A stretch of DNA of 24,000 bases from Millisia brevis NBRC 105863. GTDB taxonomy: Bacteria; Actinomycetota; Actinomycetes; Mycobacteriales; Mycobacteriaceae. Shown one piece after another: positions 1-7,019 of this stretch (positions are counted from its first letter, which is position 1; each line of letters starts with the position of its first letter). Made by a program: the position numbers and the translations under genes. Below the pieces are notes generated by a model. That model had not been told where the DNA came from, did not search any database, and saw only the letters and a list, made by a program, of their open reading frames with translations. Where the stretch lies: contig NZ_BCRN01000014.1 of the NCBI RefSeq assembly GCF_001552615.1, positions 45,400 to 69,399 of the forward strand. Direction: 5' to 3'.

Positions 1-487
1 TGCCGTCGGTTTCGGCGCGCAAGGCGTCGAGCGCGAGGCGCACCCGCCGCTCGGCATCCCACGCATCGAGCATCTCGGCGTGCTCGAGAGCGCGCGCATA
101 GCGGTCGGCGACCTCGGCCGAGGCGTGGGCGGCGGCCAGGGCGCGGCCGGAGTCCTCGAGTTCGTGCAGGGCCGTGCGTGATTCGGCTACGGCATCGGCG
201 ATCACCGCGTCGACGGTGCGGCCGTCGGTGATCGACATCTCCTGCTCGGCCAGGCCGAGAGTGCCGGTCCGGGCGACGGTTCCGGAGTCGGGCCGCAGCG
301 TTCCGGCGATCAGGCGAAGCAGCGTCGACTTGCCGCGACCGTTCTCCCCGACGAGCGCGATGCGCGATCGTGGGCCGACGACCAGGTCGACGCGGTGCAG
401 AACCTCGATGTCTCCGAGGGTGATCGATGCGGCGGACACCGCGATGTGGGCGCGCGAGCGCGCGGATACGACGGAGTGGGAGGACAT
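1..487 (-). CDS. ABC-F family ATP-binding cassette protein, N-terminal part (gene continues beyond the left edge)
   Basis: My own minus-strand translation from the ATG at 487-485 gives MSSHSVVSARSRAHIAVSAASITLGDIEVLHRVDLVVGPRSRIALVGENGRGKSTLLRLIAGTLRPDSGTV... It has Walker A GENGRGKST followed by the ABC-F-typical helical segment ...YARALEHAEMLDAWDAERRVRLALDAL. A GAAGGA SD-like motif lies 5 nt upstream. It is absent from the ORF track because no stop lies in the window. Confidence 0.8.
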   Translation of the reverse strand, partial: MSSHSVVSARSRAHIAVSAASITLGDIEVLHRVDLVVGPRSRIALVGENGRGKSTLLRLIAGTLRPDSGTVARTGTLGLAEQEMSITDGRTVDAVIADAVAESRTALHELEDSGRALAAAHASAEVADRYARALEHAEMLDAWDAERRVRLALDALRAETDG

Positions 488-549
488 GGGAATCCTTCGG
501 GGAGGGCGCGCACCGCTCACTTGTGTCGAAGGCGTGCACACCTGACGGC

Positions 550-565
550 GACCCGTCGACGGGTC
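550..565. promoter_or_regulatory. Perfect 16-bp palindrome GACCCGTCGACGGGTC in the divergent ABC-F / CoA-transferase intergenic region (candidate regulator site)
   Basis: The sequence reads identically on both strands. It lies between divergent starts at 487 (-) and 738 (+). No cognate regulator is identified. Confidence 0.2.
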
Positions 566-737
566 ATGACGACGTCGACCGCCGGCCCTCGGAATGACTC
601 GACGAGGGCGGCGATCGGTCGGGGACCGTCAGAGGTAGTACAGGTGCACGCATGCACGGTAGCGCGGACCCGGCGCGCGACGCATCCGAATATCGGCGGT
701 TGGCCGCCCCGACGGGATCGCGGCCGGGGCACCTCGT

Positions 738-2132
738 ATGGTCACGACCATGGACGACAACGGTGTCTCGGCCATCCACGGCGGCGCCGACCTGCGGACC
801 GGCGCCGATGTCACGGGTGTGGTGGAGGCGTACGGCGCCGCCCTGGGCGTCGGTGCTCCGCCCGGCACGATCACCGTCGCACCGAATGCCGGCTTCCTTT
901 CCGCGCGGCTACCGGTCGCCGACCTCGCCCTCGGCTCGATCGGGGCACTCGCCACGGCGATCGACCGACTGCGCCTCGCCCGGAAGCTGCCGAACCGCCC
1001 CTGGCGGCTCGACCCCGAGCGGGTCGCCGCCTCGTTCGGCAGCGACAAACTGATCCGCATCGACGGCGCCCCGGTCAACGGATTCGCACCGTTGTCCGGA
1101 TTCTTCGCCACCGCGGACGGCTGGATTCGGACGCACGCGAATTACCCACACCATCATCGGCGATTGCTCACGGTTCTCGATCTGCCCGACAACTCCGTCG
1201 CGGCGGACCTGGCGGCGGCCGTGGCGAACCTGTCGGCCGACGACGTCGAGCAGCGGGCGACCGCGGCCGGCGCCCTCGCCGTGCGGGTTCGGACCGAATC
1301 GCAGTGGCGCGCCTCGATGCCGGAGACGTCCGCGCCGATCGTCGAGTACACCGCGACCGGATCGATCGACCGCGCCGCCATCATCGCGGACGATCCGGCG
1401 TTGCCGTTGGCGGGAATTCGGGTGCTCGATCTCACCCGGGTACTCGCGGGCCCGGTGGCCGGGCGTGACCTGGCCCTGCTGGGAGCCGATGTCCTGCGGG
1501 TGGATCCGCCGCAGCTGCCCGAGATCGAGTGGCAACATACCCTGACGGGCGAGGGCAAGCGCAGCACCCGGCTGGATCTGCGGTCGAGCGACGATCATCA
1601 ACTCTTCGACGAATTGCTGGCCGGCGCGGACGTGCTGCTGACCGGATATCGACCCGGTGCACTCGAAACATGGGGTGTCGACATCGAACGCCCCGGGCTC
1701 GTACACGGCAGCGTGTGCGCTCACGATCCGCGTGGACCGCGGGCCGGGCGGCGCGGCTTCGACAGTCTGGTGCAGGCCGCGACGGGAATCTCGCTGATCG
1801 AGGGGGATGCGGACAGGCCGGGAGCCCTACCGGTGCAAGCGCTCGATCACGCCAGTGGGCATCTGCTGGCCGCCGGGGTGATCGACGCGCTGGCTCGGCG
1901 GCTCGCCGACGGTCGAGGCGCACAGGTAGCGGTGATCCTGGAGCGGACCGCGGAATATCTGCTCGACGCGCCGGGCCGGATCGCTTCCGCCGCACCGGCT
2001 CGGATACCGGGGGAGCGGACCCTGGTCACGACCGGTGGTCTGACCACCGAACGTCCCGCCCTGGTCGAATACGACACGTATCCCTTTGCGGCGCGTCCCC
2101 TCGGTGGTGACGCGCCCCGCTGGGCGCAGTGA
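738..2132 (+). CDS. Family III (CaiB/BaiF-type) CoA-transferase with atypical domain order
   Basis: The hallmark N-terminal Rossmann motif of family III CoA-transferases, PLAGIRVLDLTRVLAGPVAGRDLALLGADVLRVDPP, sits at about aa 220 instead of the N-terminus. FFATADGWIRTHANYP resembles the small-domain segment and lies upstream of it. An alternative ATG is at 750. Confidence 0.85.
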   Translation: MVTTMDDNGVSAIHGGADLRTGADVTGVVEAYGAALGVGAPPGTITVAPNAGFLSARLPVADLALGSIGALATAIDRLRLARKLPNRPWRLDPERVAASFGSDKLIRIDGAPVNGFAPLSGFFATADGWIRTHANYPHHHRRLLTVLDLPDNSVAADLAAAVANLSADDVEQRATAAGALAVRVRTESQWRASMPETSAPIVEYTATGSIDRAAIIADDPALPLAGIRVLDLTRVLAGPVAGRDLALLGADVLRVDPPQLPEIEWQHTLTGEGKRSTRLDLRSSDDHQLFDELLAGADVLLTGYRPGALETWGVDIERPGLVHGSVCAHDPRGPRAGRRGFDSLVQAATGISLIEGDADRPGALPVQALDHASGHLLAAGVIDALARRLADGRGAQVAVILERTAEYLLDAPGRIASAAPARIPGERTLVTTGGLTTERPALVEYDTYPFAARPLGGDAPRWAQ

Positions 2133-2142
2133 CAGCCGGTGG

Positions 2143-2496
2143 TCAGTGCGCGGCTTCGAAGGCCCGCTCGATCTCGGCGGGGATTCGCCCACGCGCGGAA
2201 ACGTTCATTCCGTTCGCGGTGGCCCACTCACGAATTGCCTTTGTCTGTGCCGGATCTCGCTGAATCGCGGAACGCGCCGCGTCGCTCTCGGCCGATTGCT
2301 TGGCAGAGCTATTGCGGACCCGCTTCGACTTGGAGATGTAGTAGTCGAACTTGCGGCGGAACTCCACCGCGTGATCGTCGCGCAGATCGATCTCGTACGA
2401 GTTGCCGTTCACCGCGAAGGTGATGTGCTCACCGCCGCTTTCGATCGGCTGATCGTCGATATCGTCCACGAGTTGCACCAGGACGCGCTTGGCCAT
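2143..2496 (-). CDS. lsr2: Lsr2 nucleoid-associated protein / xenogeneic silencer, paralog B (117 aa)
   Basis: The start is trimmed to the internal ATG at 2496, giving MAKRVLVQLVDDIDDQPIESGGEHITFAVNGNSYEIDL...IREWATANGMNVSARGRIPAEIERAFEAAH. This has the Lsr2 N-terminal oligomerisation strand and the C-terminal RGRIP AT-hook-like DNA-binding motif. The upstream part of the 167-aa ORF is Arg-rich junk. Confidence 0.9.
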   Translation of the reverse strand: MAKRVLVQLVDDIDDQPIESGGEHITFAVNGNSYEIDLRDDHAVEFRRKFDYYISKSKRVRNSSAKQSAESDAARSAIQRDPAQTKAIREWATANGMNVSARGRIPAEIERAFEAAH

Positions 2497-2561
2497 CGGT
2501 CTTCCGTCACTTCCACGTAGTTCGTCGGATTGCTGGTCGGGTCGCGGCGCGCGATCGACCG

Positions 2562-2900
2562 CTAATGTGCGGCGTTGTAAGCCTCTTCGATATTCGCGGG
2601 AATGCGGCCCCGTGCGGAGACCTCGTACCCGTTCTCGACCGCCCACTCGCGGACCGCCTTGGTGTTGCCCGGGTCTGCGGACGGACGGCGACCCGAGGGC
2701 TTGCGGCCGCGGCGGCTGTTGACCTTGGTCGCGTAATCGATGTAGTAGCCGATTTTGCGGTGGAACTCACGAGCGTTCTTGTCGTTCAGATCGATCTCGT
2801 ACTCGACACCATCGACGGCAAAGGTGATGTGTTCGCCGCCCGAGGTGATCGGCTTATCGTCGATGTCGTCGACGAACTGAACAACTACCTTTTTCGCCAT
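2562..2900 (-). CDS. lsr2: Lsr2 nucleoid-associated protein / xenogeneic silencer, paralog A (112 aa)
   Basis: MAKKVVVQFVDDIDDKPITSGGEHITFAVDGVEYEIDL...VREWAVENGYEVSARGRIPANIEEAYNAAH, with start ATG at 2900. It is roughly 60% identical by eye to paralog B and lies 65 bp upstream of it on the same strand. Confidence 0.9.
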   Translation of the reverse strand: MAKKVVVQFVDDIDDKPITSGGEHITFAVDGVEYEIDLNDKNAREFHRKIGYYIDYATKVNSRRGRKPSGRRPSADPGNTKAVREWAVENGYEVSARGRIPANIEEAYNAAH

Positions 2901-2915
2901 GGTCGGCTGCTCCAA

Positions 2916-3208
2916 TGTTACTGGTTAGTCAATCAGCGGTGTGCTGTCGTTCGGGAGTATACGCGCACATTCGGAGCCGGCCATTCATTACACACGCCGC
3001 GTCTATTTTTATATAACAGACACGAAGTCACGGGTGCGACCCCGACCGTGTTCGGAACCCTTGCTCCTCACCCTAAAAGGTATGTTCAGCCTACCTTCCG
3101 GCGGGAGGTGCGATCATTGTCACCATGCCCTGAGCAACTGCTCGCAATTGATTCGAAAGTCAACCAATTGTCCTGGAGTCCGATACAGCAAAAGCATGTG
3201 ACAAGTGT
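2916..3208 (-). promoter_or_regulatory. AT-rich ~290 bp non-coding island upstream of the lsr2 pair (likely lsr2 promoter/5' UTR and a candidate Lsr2 autoregulatory target)
   Basis: This is by eye the most AT-rich stretch in the window, for example tctatttttatataacaga at 3002-3020. On the minus strand that reads TGTTATATAAAAATAGA, an extended -10-like TGnTATATA. No convincing ORF is present (the 86-aa and 219-aa track ORFs look non-coding). Confidence 0.4.
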
Positions 3209-4225
3209 CTACCGTACAGGGTGATCCGCGTCGCCGGAAATCTGCGCCAACAAATGATCGAGAATGGGATCGAGGACCGCGATTCCGTCCGCCACGCCGC
3301 CGGGGGAGCCCGGCAGGTTGACCACGAGGGTGTCTCCCGCGAGTCCGGCCAGACCGCGACCGATCACCGCGAACGGCGTCGTACGCTCGCCGTACCGCCG
3401 AATCGATTCGGCTATTCCCGGCAATTCGCGATCGAGAATCCGCGCGGTCGCGTCGGCGGTCGCATCGGTGGGGGAGACCCCCGTGCCGCCGGTGGTCACC
3501 AGCAGCCGGGGCCGCCCGCGCAGCGCGGCACGCAGACCTTCGGCGATATCGGCGTCGGCGACGATCACGGGGTCGGCCACCACGAAGCCGCGCGAGCGCA
3601 GCCAGTCGACGAGAACCGGTCCGGTCCGGTCGACGCGGGTGCCCGCCGCGCCGGCGGTCGATGCGACGAGCACGACGCCCCGACGCACGTCGTCGACGTC
3701 GGCGGCGGAGATCTCCTCGCCGGCGGTCGTGATCGTCTCGGGATCGGCTCCGAGAGCCGGAGCGGTCCAGCTACCGGAGCGGCCGCCGGTCTTCTCGATC
3801 AGCCGCATATCGGTCATCCGGGCGGCCGGGTCGACCGCCTTGACCATGTCGTGCAGGGTCAGGCCGGCAACGGCGACGGCGGTCAGCGCCTCCATCTCGA
3901 CCCCGGTCGGGCCGGTGGTGGCCGCCCGCGCCTCCACGAGGATCGAGGTGTCGTCGAGCTCGAACGACACCTGCACCGAGGACAGTGCCACGTGGTGGCA
4001 CAGCGGAATCAGCTCCGGGGTGCGTTTGGCGGCGGCGATGCCTGCGATTCGGGCGGTCGCCAGGACGTCCGCCTTGGGCAGATCGTCGCCGCGTACCAGT
4101 GCGATGACGTCGGGACGGGTGACGAAGCGGCCGGTCGCGATGGCCACGCGCTTGGTCGACGGCTTGTCCCCGACGTCGACCATCCGGACCCGGCCGTCCG
4201 GAGCCAGATGGCTCAGCTCGCTCAT
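3209..4225 (-). CDS. moaC: Bifunctional MoaC (cyclic pyranopterin monophosphate synthase) / MoaB-MogA-type domain fusion
   Basis: The N-terminal half, MSELSHLAPDGRVRMVDVGDKPSTKRVA...IPLCHHVAL...TGPTGVEMEALTAVAVAGLTLHDMVKA, is MoaC. The C-terminal half, ...VVLVASTAGAAGTRVDRTGPVLVDWL...LLVTTGGTGVSPTD...LVVNLPGSPGG, is a MoaB/MogA fold. The ATG at 4225-4223 overlaps the moeA TGA at 4224-4222 (ATGA). Confidence 0.9.
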   Translation of the reverse strand: MSELSHLAPDGRVRMVDVGDKPSTKRVAIATGRFVTRPDVIALVRGDDLPKADVLATARIAGIAAAKRTPELIPLCHHVALSSVQVSFELDDTSILVEARAATTGPTGVEMEALTAVAVAGLTLHDMVKAVDPAARMTDMRLIEKTGGRSGSWTAPALGADPETITTAGEEISAADVDDVRRGVVLVASTAGAAGTRVDRTGPVLVDWLRSRGFVVADPVIVADADIAEGLRAALRGRPRLLVTTGGTGVSPTDATADATARILDRELPGIAESIRRYGERTTPFAVIGRGLAGLAGDTLVVNLPGSPGGVADGIAVLDPILDHLLAQISGDADHPVR

Positions 4226-5457
4226 ATCGCCCACACGCGTACCTTGTCACCCTTCGCGACCGCGACGACGTCCGCGGGGATATCTATCAGGACGTTCGCC
4301 GACGCCATCGTCGCCAACAGATGCGACCCCGGACCACCGACCGGTTCGACGACGCCGTCGGCCACCCGGCCGCGCAGGAACTGCCGCCGACCGGCGATCG
4401 AGGAGATATCGCGACCGGCTGCGGCCGTGGTCCGCGGCGTCGCCGGCCGACCGGCCAGTTCCCGCAGAACAGGGGCGATGAAGACCGCATAGGACACCAG
4501 GGAACTGACCGGGTTGCCCGGCAGGCTGATCACCGGGGTGTCGTCGACGATGCTCAGCCCCTGGGGACCGCCGGGCTGCATCGCGACCTTGCCGAATCGA
4601 CCGCCGCGCGGCTCCAGGACATCGCGGACGACCTCGAAGTCGCCCATCGACACCCCGCCCGAGGTCACGATCAGATCCGCGGCCGCGGCGGCGGCCGTCA
4701 GCAGGTGCAGGAAACGGTCCGGGCGATCGTCGCTGCGGTCGACCAGGGTGACCTCGGCGCCGTCGGTACGCAGCGCCGCCGCCAGCATCGGGGCGTTCGA
4801 GTCGTAGACATGGCCGAAGGGCAACGGTCCGCCACGCGGGGCGAGCTCGTCGCCGGTTGCGATCACCGCCACCCGGGGGCGTCGCCGGACCGGGATCGTC
4901 GTGAGGCCGAGCGCGGCGATCGCACCGATCCGCGCCGGATTGAGATGCCCGCCCGCGCCGAGCACCACCTCGTCGAGCCGGATGTCCTCACCGCGGCGAC
5001 GAATGAAGCTGCCCGGCCCCGCGGCGGTACCGATCGTGACCGCGTCGGGGCCGGCGGGGGTGGTGTCCTCGACCGGAACGATCGCGTCCGCGCCCTCCGG
5101 TAGGGGAGCGCCGGTCATGATCCGCGTGACGGAGCCCTCGGGCAGCCGCGTCGGCCGCCCGTCACCGGCGGCGATCGTCGTATGGACCGGCAGCGTCACC
5201 GGCGCGGCGCGCACATCGACGCTGCGCACGGCGAAGCCGTCCATCTGCGAGTTGTCGAAACCGGGGAGGTCGATCGGTGCGATCAGGTCGACGGCGAGCG
5301 CCCGACCCACCGCGTCCGCGACATCGAGATCCTCCGATCCCGATCCGACCGCCGCGAGTATCGCCTCGCGCACCGCACCGGCGTGCTGTTCCACCGACCG
5401 AGCGAAGGGTTCCGCCACCGGCCGCGCAGAGGCGGGGGGTCCTTCCATGGGTGCCAT
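4222..5457 (-). CDS. moeA: Molybdopterin molybdenumtransferase MoeA (411 aa)
   Basis: MAPMEGPP...RSVEQHAGAVREAIL...IDLPGFDNSQMDGFAVRS...IVTSGGVSMGDFEVV...ISLPGNPVSSLVSY. The start is ATG 5457 (or 5448). The remaining ~475 N-terminal residues of the 887-aa track ORF are antisense to moaA/moaD and are rejected. Confidence 0.9.
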   Translation of the reverse strand: MAPMEGPPASARPVAEPFARSVEQHAGAVREAILAAVGSGSEDLDVADAVGRALAVDLIAPIDLPGFDNSQMDGFAVRSVDVRAAPVTLPVHTTIAAGDGRPTRLPEGSVTRIMTGAPLPEGADAIVPVEDTTPAGPDAVTIGTAAGPGSFIRRRGEDIRLDEVVLGAGGHLNPARIGAIAALGLTTIPVRRRPRVAVIATGDELAPRGGPLPFGHVYDSNAPMLAAALRTDGAEVTLVDRSDDRPDRFLHLLTAAAAAADLIVTSGGVSMGDFEVVRDVLEPRGGRFGKVAMQPGGPQGLSIVDDTPVISLPGNPVSSLVSYAVFIAPVLRELAGRPATPRTTAAAGRDISSIAGRRQFLRGRVADGVVEPVGGPGSHLLATMASANVLIDIPADVVAVAKGDKVRVWAI

Positions 5458-5556
5458 CGTAGGCGTCCCCGCGGGGAGCTCTCTTAGACGCGCCCGACTC
5501 CGCCGCGGGCCGAACGCTGCCGGCCCCTCCTGCCCGGGCGTGTCCATACTGAATAC

Positions 5557-6645
5557 ATGCAATCGCGTGTCGTGGCCCTCGGACTGCCGACGGCCTCGGT
5601 CCGGTCCGCCCCGGTCCGGGGTTCCACCGCGACCCTCGACGACGGTCGCCCCGACCGCCCGGAGCTGATCGATCGGTACGGCCGAATCGCCCGGGACCTG
5701 CGGGTATCGATCACCGAGCGATGCTCGCTGCGCTGTACCTATTGCATGCCCGAGGAAGGGCTGCCGGTCATCCCCGAGCAGCTTCTGCTCTCGACCGACG
5801 AGATCGTCCGGTTGGTCGGGATCGCGGTCGACGACCTGGGCGTGCGCGAGATGCGGCTGACCGGCGGCGAGCCGCTGATGCGTCGGGACCTGGTCGACAT
5901 CGTCGCCGGATGCCGTCGACGGTGCCCGGATCTGCGGATCTCGATGACGAGCAACGCCGTCGGCCTGGCCCGCCGGGCGGACGCCCTGGCCCGCGCCGGT
6001 CTCGACCGCATCAACATCTCCCTCGACACCGTCGACCGGGTGCGATTCGCCGACATCACCCGCCGCGACCGGCTGCCGGCGGTGCTGGCCGGCATCCGCG
6101 CCGCCGTCGCCGCCGGCCTCGATCCGGTCAAGGTCAACGCCGTCGCCCACCGGGCGACCCTGCGCGACGCCTCCGACCTGTTGCGCTGGTGCATCGCCGA
6201 GGGCGCATCCCTGCGCTTCATCGAACAGATGCCGCTCGACGCCGAGCACGGGTGGCAGCGCGCCGAGATGATCACCGCCCGCGATGTGCTCGACGAGCTG
6301 TCCCGCAGTTTCCGGCTCGAGCCGATCGGCCGCGACGACCCGTCCGCCCCCGCCGAACTGTGGCAGGTCGACGGGGGACCGGCGGTCGTCGGCATCATCG
6401 GGTCGGTCACCCGGCCGTTCTGCGACGATTGCGACCGCACCCGGCTGACCGCCGAGGGCACCGTCCGGTCGTGCCTCTTCGGCGACGACGAGGTCGATCT
6501 GCGGGCCGCGCTGCGATCCGGCGCGGACGATGCGACGGTGGCGGACCTGTGGCGCGGGGCGATGTGGCGCAAGCCGGCGGGACACGGCATCGACGAGATC
6601 GGCTTCGTACCGCCGGAGCGGTCGATGGGACAGATCGGAGGGTGA
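5557..6645 (+). CDS. moaA: GTP 3',8-cyclase MoaA (radical SAM)
   Basis: [32 protein letters not shown] carries the radical-SAM CxxxCxxC cluster, and the C-terminal [14 protein letters not shown] carries the second cluster. It is divergent from moeA. The N-terminus is uncertain because about 36 aa precede the conserved core. Confidence 0.9.
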   Translation: MQSRVVALGLPTASVRSAPVRGSTATLDDGRPDRPELIDRYGRIARDLRVSITERCSLRCTYCMPEEGLPVIPEQLLLSTDEIVRLVGIAVDDLGVREMRLTGGEPLMRRDLVDIVAGCRRRCPDLRISMTSNAVGLARRADALARAGLDRINISLDTVDRVRFADITRRDRLPAVLAGIRAAVAAGLDPVKVNAVAHRATLRDASDLLRWCIAEGASLRFIEQMPLDAEHGWQRAEMITARDVLDELSRSFRLEPIGRDDPSAPAELWQVDGGPAVVGIIGSVTRPFCDDCDRTRLTAEGTVRSCLFGDDEVDLRAALRSGADDATVADLWRGAMWRKPAGHGIDEIGFVPPERSMGQIGG

Positions 6646-6648
6646 TCG

Positions 6649-7005
6649 GTGACTAGCGGGGGCCATCGTCTCGACGGTGACAATCGTCTTGACGGGGACA
6701 ATCGGATCGACGGGGACCACCGGGTCGGTGGGGTCGACCGCGCGGCTGCGGTCGAGGTCGCGGCGACGACGGTCGCGGTGAACTACTTCGCCTCCGCGGC
6801 GGAGCTGGTCGGACTCTCGCGCGAGACGCTCGAGGTCGACCGGCGAACCGTCGGCGACCTGCGGCGGAGCATCATCGCCGCACATCCGGCGCTGGCCGAA
6901 CTCCTGCCGGTGTGCACCTTCCTGGTCGACGACGCGCTCGTGCGGGCCGAGGAGGAGCCGATCGGCGACAGCGTCGACGTGCTGCCACCCTTCTCCGGCG
7001 GCTGA
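6649..7005 (+). CDS. moaD: Molybdopterin synthase sulfur-carrier subunit MoaD with a 34-aa repeat-containing N-terminal extension
   Basis: The C-terminus ...VDVLPPFSGG has the ubiquitin-like GG end, and the core is TVAVNYFASAAELVG... GTG 6649 lies 6 nt after GGAGGG (6637-6642). No other in-frame start codon exists before the conserved core. Confidence 0.8.
   Translation: MTSGGHRLDGDNRLDGDNRIDGDHRVGGVDRAAAVEVAATTVAVNYFASAAELVGLSRETLEVDRRTVGDLRRSIIAAHPALAELLPVCTFLVDDALVRAEEEPIGDSVDVLPPFSGG
6667..6738 (+). repeat. Imperfect 18-bp x4 in-frame tandem repeat (hexapeptide R-[LIV]-[DG]-G-[DV]-[NHD]) inside the moaD 5' end
   Basis: The units are cgtctcgacggtgacaat / cgtcttgacggggacaat / cggatcgacggggaccac / cgggtcggtggggtcgac. 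They encode RLDGDN RLDGDN RIDGDH RVGGVD. Confidence 0.95.
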
Positions 7006-7019
7006 GCTACGCGCCGGGC

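Noticed and set aside
5458-5556. A Moco (molybdenum cofactor) riboswitch upstream of moaA.
   Set aside because: Only ~100 nt are available between the divergent starts. I could not see the conserved Moco-motif helices or loops. I consider it absent unless a covariance-model scan says otherwise.
5458-6885. The upstream 475 aa of the 887-aa minus-strand ORF (4222-6885), which would extend moeA across the whole moaA/moaD region.
   Set aside because: The sequence is Arg/Asp/Pro/Gly-rich and low in complexity, with no recognisable motif. It is exactly antisense to well-supported moaA and moaD. MoeA homology begins at the ATG at 5457/5448. It is a typical high-GC shadow ORF.
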